A stretch of DNA of 64,000 bases, taken from the NCBI GenBank assembly GCA_035221665.1, contig CM069142.1, positions 34,596,001 to 34,660,000 on the forward strand, in the 5' to 3' direction. The DNA is from Okamejei kenojei (taxonomy: Eukaryota). The translations under genes and the position numbers were made by a program. Below, piece after piece: positions 59,421 through 64,000 of this stretch (position 1 is the first letter of the stretch; every line of letters starts with the position of its first letter). The notes beneath the pieces were generated by a model that was not told the origin of the DNA, searched no databases, and saw nothing but the letters and a program-made list of their open reading frames with translations.

Positions 59421-61316
59421 ACGCTGAATAATCCAACCAGATTTTGTTTGGAAGTGGAAAGGGATAATAGAAATTGTGTTCATTGCAACGTGTGAAAAAA
59501 GAGATGAGATACTGTATTATAAATTTGCTGCATGTCATTGTGGTATATATCATGTCTTGATTGGTGAATATGTTTAGTTTGCGACTTTATTTGAAGCAGA
59601 AATAATCTGTGAATGCTTCATTGAGCATAATTCCGACTGGTAACTACGCACTTCGTCCGAGCACATTATCGCACGCGTCATGCAAGCCGTCTTAAATGAC
59701 CACTGTCATTTGGCAACCTAAAAAGCTGCCGAAGTTGCCCGGCTGGCAAAAGGGAAAAAAAGTTCCCTGACTATCATTAGTTCCATGCCTTTCATTATTT
59801 GGTAGGTTGTATGCTCTTCTGAAGCTCTGGTAGCTCAATCCAGATACAGAGTTCCCTTTGAATGAAAGAGTTGCTCCTAGAGTTGCCTCTCTTAAAGCTC
59901 TCCCTTTAAGCCTGTGTCCTCCAGTTTTAGAATCCTCCATCCTGGGGAAAAAGACTGTGAGCATCTTCCCTTTAAATAGAGTTATTCAGCACAGAAATAC
60001 AGCCCTTCGGCCCAACTTGTCCATGCCAACCAAAACGCCTCATATTCACTAGTGTCACCTAAGTCCCAGCCTATGCAACCTCTATAACTCAAGGCCGCAA
60101 GCCCAGGTAACATCCAGGTGAATCTTCTCTGTGCCTATTTCAAGATGAGGAAGGAACAGAGAATATGAATACAAGGACACAAAGTGCTGGAGTAACTCAG
60201 CGGGGTCAGGCAGCATCTCGGGGGGACATCTCGAGTCGGAACCCTTCTCCAGACCATCAACAATGATTTGTTCAGAGTGAGAATTTGCTAGCGATAGCTG
60301 AGAAGCTACGTTTTTTCAAACAGAACTGGGATGTAAATGTGAATGTTAACTGTGTTAAGGCAGGAAGCTCGGCAGCTAATTGTTCAGTTGACTGCAGGCT
60401 AAATATTAATTAATGACTGTTTTAGAAGCAATAGGCACAAAATTAGATTTAGAACTGCAGACATTTGATTACATGGTGTACAGAGAATAGGTTGTTCACT
60501 ATTTTGATTAACATATCATCAGAAACCATGTGTTGGATTAGATGGAATAGATGGGTAAAGTGAACTGAAAGTAAACGTGGATTATTTTCCCGCTTGGTAA
60601 AATAAGGACAATTTCAATTATTTTTATTACCCTCCAGGCATGAATGCTTCAGAGATTGCAGATTGATCCATCAATCACATTTCTGCCTGAGTATTGTCAT
60701 GGTGTTTTCTGTGATCAAGTACCTTACCTTAATAGTCACACAGCACAGAAATACAATCCTTCGGCCCAACTTGTCCATGCCATCTACATTAGTGCCATCT
60801 TCCTGCGTTTGGCCATATCCCTTGTTCCTGTCCAAAATGTCTTATACATGCTGTTACTGTATCTGCCTCAGCTACTTCCTCTGGCAGCTCGTTCCATGTT
60901 GCCCTTCAGGTTCATATTAAATCTTTCCCCGATCACCTTAAACCGAATGTCCCCTGGTTCTTGATTCTCCTACTCTGGAAGAAATTCTCAGTATTGGCTG
61001 TGCCGATTAATTTATTCCCTAACCTTTGATTGTTTCTCATTGCTCTTTTTGCACGACCATTGACAATAGGGACATTTCAGATCAGGGCTCTTCTTCAGAC
61101 TGGTTTAATTTTTTTTTAAATTAACTTTTTTTCCTGGTGGCAATTTTATCTTTATTAGTTTATTTAATATTGTAACATTGCATTGCCATAAGAATAAGGA
61201 AACAAAATTAGGAACATTTTTACAAGCTTCGATTCTACAATCAGGAGATTAATAGACACAGCGAACAGAAATTCCACACTCAAAAAATATTCCCATCAAC
61301 ATTTAGCACGTTTAGA

Positions 61317-61640
61317 ATGGCACAGTGACGTAGCTGTTAGAGCTGCTACCTCACAGTACCAAAGACCCGGGTTCGATCCTGGCCTCGGGTGCCTTCTGTG
61401 TGTGGAATTTGCACGTTCTCCCTGTGACCGTGTGGGTTTCCACCAGGTGCTCTGGTTTCCTCCCACATCTCAAAGTCATGTAAGGTTAATTGGCCCTCTG
61501 TAAATTGGCCCTAGTGTGTAGGGAGTGGATGAGAAAGTGGGATAACATAGAACTAGTGTGAATAGGTGATCGATGGTCGACGTTGACTCCGTGGGCTGAA
61601 GGCCCTGTTACCATGCTGTATCTTTCAATCTAATTCAATT
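61317..61640 (+). mobile_element. HE1-like V-SINE (full length)
   Basis: Head, B-box, V-domain and tail. Confidence 0.85.
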
Positions 61641-62424
61641 CAGTTTTGAAAACGATCCTTTGCACCAGTTGCTTATTCTTTGACGGATACAAAGTGCTGG
61701 CGTAATTCAGCGGGTCAGGCAGCATCACTGGAGTACATAGATGGGTGATGTTTCAGGTTACAAGAAGGATCTCGACCTGAAATATCGCCTATCCATGTTC
61801 TCCAGAGACGCTGCCTGATTCACGGAGTACTCCAGCACTTTGTGACCTGGTGTGCAAAGCAGCATCTGCAGTTCTTTGTTTTTATTGCTGATTCTTTGAG
61901 CTTTATTGAACCTAAAAGATTTGAATTGTTAGCTTGGGTCTAATTTGGGTATTATGTGAACAGCTGGAATTAATCCTCTGCTTTCTGTGACACAATGAAC
62001 TGTATCCATTTCCAGCAAAGTTTGATGTCTTGCAATCACATCAGCTTTACAAACTGGGATCCTGTCAACTATCAAACAATTCAACCAGTAAATAAATGTC
62101 TCCCTTGAAGGCTGTGTGTGCGTATTCAATGAGTAGCTATCTGCACTGCACATGCCAGCTAGCCTTGTGTTCCGAGCTAACAACACTGTGCTGGAGTAAC
62201 TCAGCGGATCAGGCAGCATCTCTGGAGACCATGGACAGATGATGATTCAGGTCGGGATCCTTCTTCATGCCAAGCTTGTGTTTTTGTGCTGTCCTTTGGG
62301 GCAGGAGTAAGGGTCAAGAGAAAAGAGTGTGTAATTGTCATATGTACCAACAATGATACCATGACATTTGTACTTGCAGCAGCCTAACAGGCCCGTAAAC
62401 ACATTGCACATAGATAAGTTAGTT

Positions 62425-62730
62425 TGGTTTAGAGATCCAGCAGGGAAACAGGCCCTTCGGCCCATCGAGTCCATGCCGACCATCGATCACCCGTTCACAC
62501 TATTTCTACGTTATTCAGCTTTCTCATCCTCTGCACACTAGGGACAATTTAAAGAGGCCAATTTACTGACAAACCCACACATCTTGGGGATGGGGAGAAA
62601 ACCGGAGTACCTGGAGGAAACCCATGCGGTCTCAGGAAAATGTGCAAACTCCACATAGACAGCACCCAAGGTCAGTATCGAACCTGGGGGGCTGGCACTG
62701 TGAAGCAGCAACTCCACCAGCTGTAACCAT
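62425..62730 (-). mobile_element. HE1-like V-SINE
   Basis: Reverse-complement consensus match. Confidence 0.8.
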
Positions 62731-63175
62731 CGTGTCGCCATATTTTCCCACATTTGGCCCATATCCTTTTAAATCTCTCCTATCCATGAATCTGTTCAGT
62801 GTCTTTTAATTACAGTAGCTGCCTCAACTACCTCCTCCGGCAGCTCGTTCTGTATACCCACCACTCTCTCAGTGGAAACGTTGTCCCTCAGGTTCCTATT
62901 AAATATTTCCCCTCTCCCACCTCTGGTACATGAGCTTTCTTTCCTTTGTGATTCTGAAGAGACTAATTAAAACTTTGCTTTACCAGATTGTTGCTACCAT
63001 TTACTGATACCTTTATCACATTAATGTCACAGGTTTTCCAGAGTTAGCATCTCCAATATAATAACCCATCATCCAAAACATAATTTCTAGTTGCTGAGTT
63101 ATCCAGCAATCTGTGTCCTTTTTTTTGTAAACCAGCATCTATTGTTCCTTGTTTCCACATTTTACTCTCAGTGGG

Positions 63176-63442
63176 AGGCACATGGTTCAGTGGTAGAATC
63201 GCTGCCTCACAGCACCAGACCGGGTTTGTACATCCTCCCTGTGACCGCGTGGGTTTTCTCCGAGTGCTCTGGTCTCTTCCCACATCCCAGAGACGTGCAG
63301 GTTTGTAGATTAATTTGTAGGTTAATTGTCTTCTGTAAATTGTCCCTAGTGTGCAGGATAGAACTAATGTATGGGGTGATCGCTGGTTGGCACAGACTCA
63401 GTGGGCTGAAGGGCCTGTTTCCGCGCTGCATCTCTAAACTAA
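63176..63442 (+). mobile_element. HE1-like V-SINE
   Basis: Head (partly deleted), V-domain, gaagggcctgtttccgcgctg tail. Confidence 0.8.
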
Positions 63443-64000
63443 CAAAAATGAATAAGTGAGGTTTCTTTGCATAACTGGGTCAAAGATGGTCTACGACAAG
63501 CTCAACTTTGACCAGTTGATTTCTTGACACGTGCGAACAATTATGAATTATTCTTCCAGAATATTTCATAAGCCTGTAATAGCAGCAGCGATCTTTGATG
63601 TTCAATCTAATTTGACTATCGGTAGGCAATGAAATAAAGGGTGCAGTTAGATATTTGGACATTCGAGATGAGCTTCAAAGTGCTGGTGTGCATCACCAGA
63701 TGAGAGAGAATGTTAAATGTGGGATGTTGTGACAGGAATCGCTCCGTCTTTGGAGAAATATATCTCCTTTGATCCTTCAATGATACCAAACCTCAACACA
63801 GCACAGTAGGTGATGAATTTTCCCTGAGGCTGACAGCAGAGGTGGTCTGCTGGCTCTGGCTCATGTCCTCTCACTGCCCGGCTCAGTTTATTGGGCAATT
63901 GCCCAGAGTAGGGGATTCGAGAACCAGAGGGCATAGGTTTAAGGTGAGGGAGGGAAGATTTTATAGGTATCTGAGGGGAAGCTTTTTCACACAAAAGGTG

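Larger units (their letters stand above)
53826..59769. mobile_element. hAT-like non-autonomous DNA transposon expanded by nested insertions
   Basis: Left end cagggctcgaaatt with ggcaacc/ttgcccgg subterminal motifs. The same motifs recur at ~59711-59769, ending ccctg. The flanking CR1 fragment appears to resume after 59769. Confidence 0.55.

Overview
Repeat-dense vertebrate genomic DNA, very probably from a cartilaginous fish (skate/ray), inferred from the abundant HE1-type V-SINEs and CR1/HER1-type LINE 3' ends. The only host coding sequence I can support is one 378-bp phase-1/phase-1 exon (21692-22069, +) encoding the first V-type Ig domain of an EWI-family protein, best matching IGSF3 from memory. 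The rest is intronic or flanking DNA. Large elements: (1) a near full-length DIRS1-type tyrosine-recombinase retrotransposon (15650-20288, -) with gag, RT-RNaseH-methyltransferase and an intact recombinase ORF; (2) a Gypsy LTR element (54983-58591, -) with a 5-bp TSD, no tRNA PBS, a 14-nt self-complementary priming-like structure and a YLDN RT motif; (3) a Penelope-like element with inverted pseudo-LTRs and an 18-bp TSD (6702-8544); (4) Rex1/Babar and CR1 LINE pieces. Smaller items include many Penelope-derived minimal hammerhead-ribozyme motifs, a Helitron-like array next to two assembly gaps, several MITEs (one only 33 bp), a GC-rich non-autonomous retroposon family with Rex1 tails, and a ~1.9-kb polypyrimidine tract. 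All family assignments come from recalled motifs, not database searches. Boundaries of degraded repeats are approximate, and the SINE/LINE fragment list is representative rather than exhaustive.
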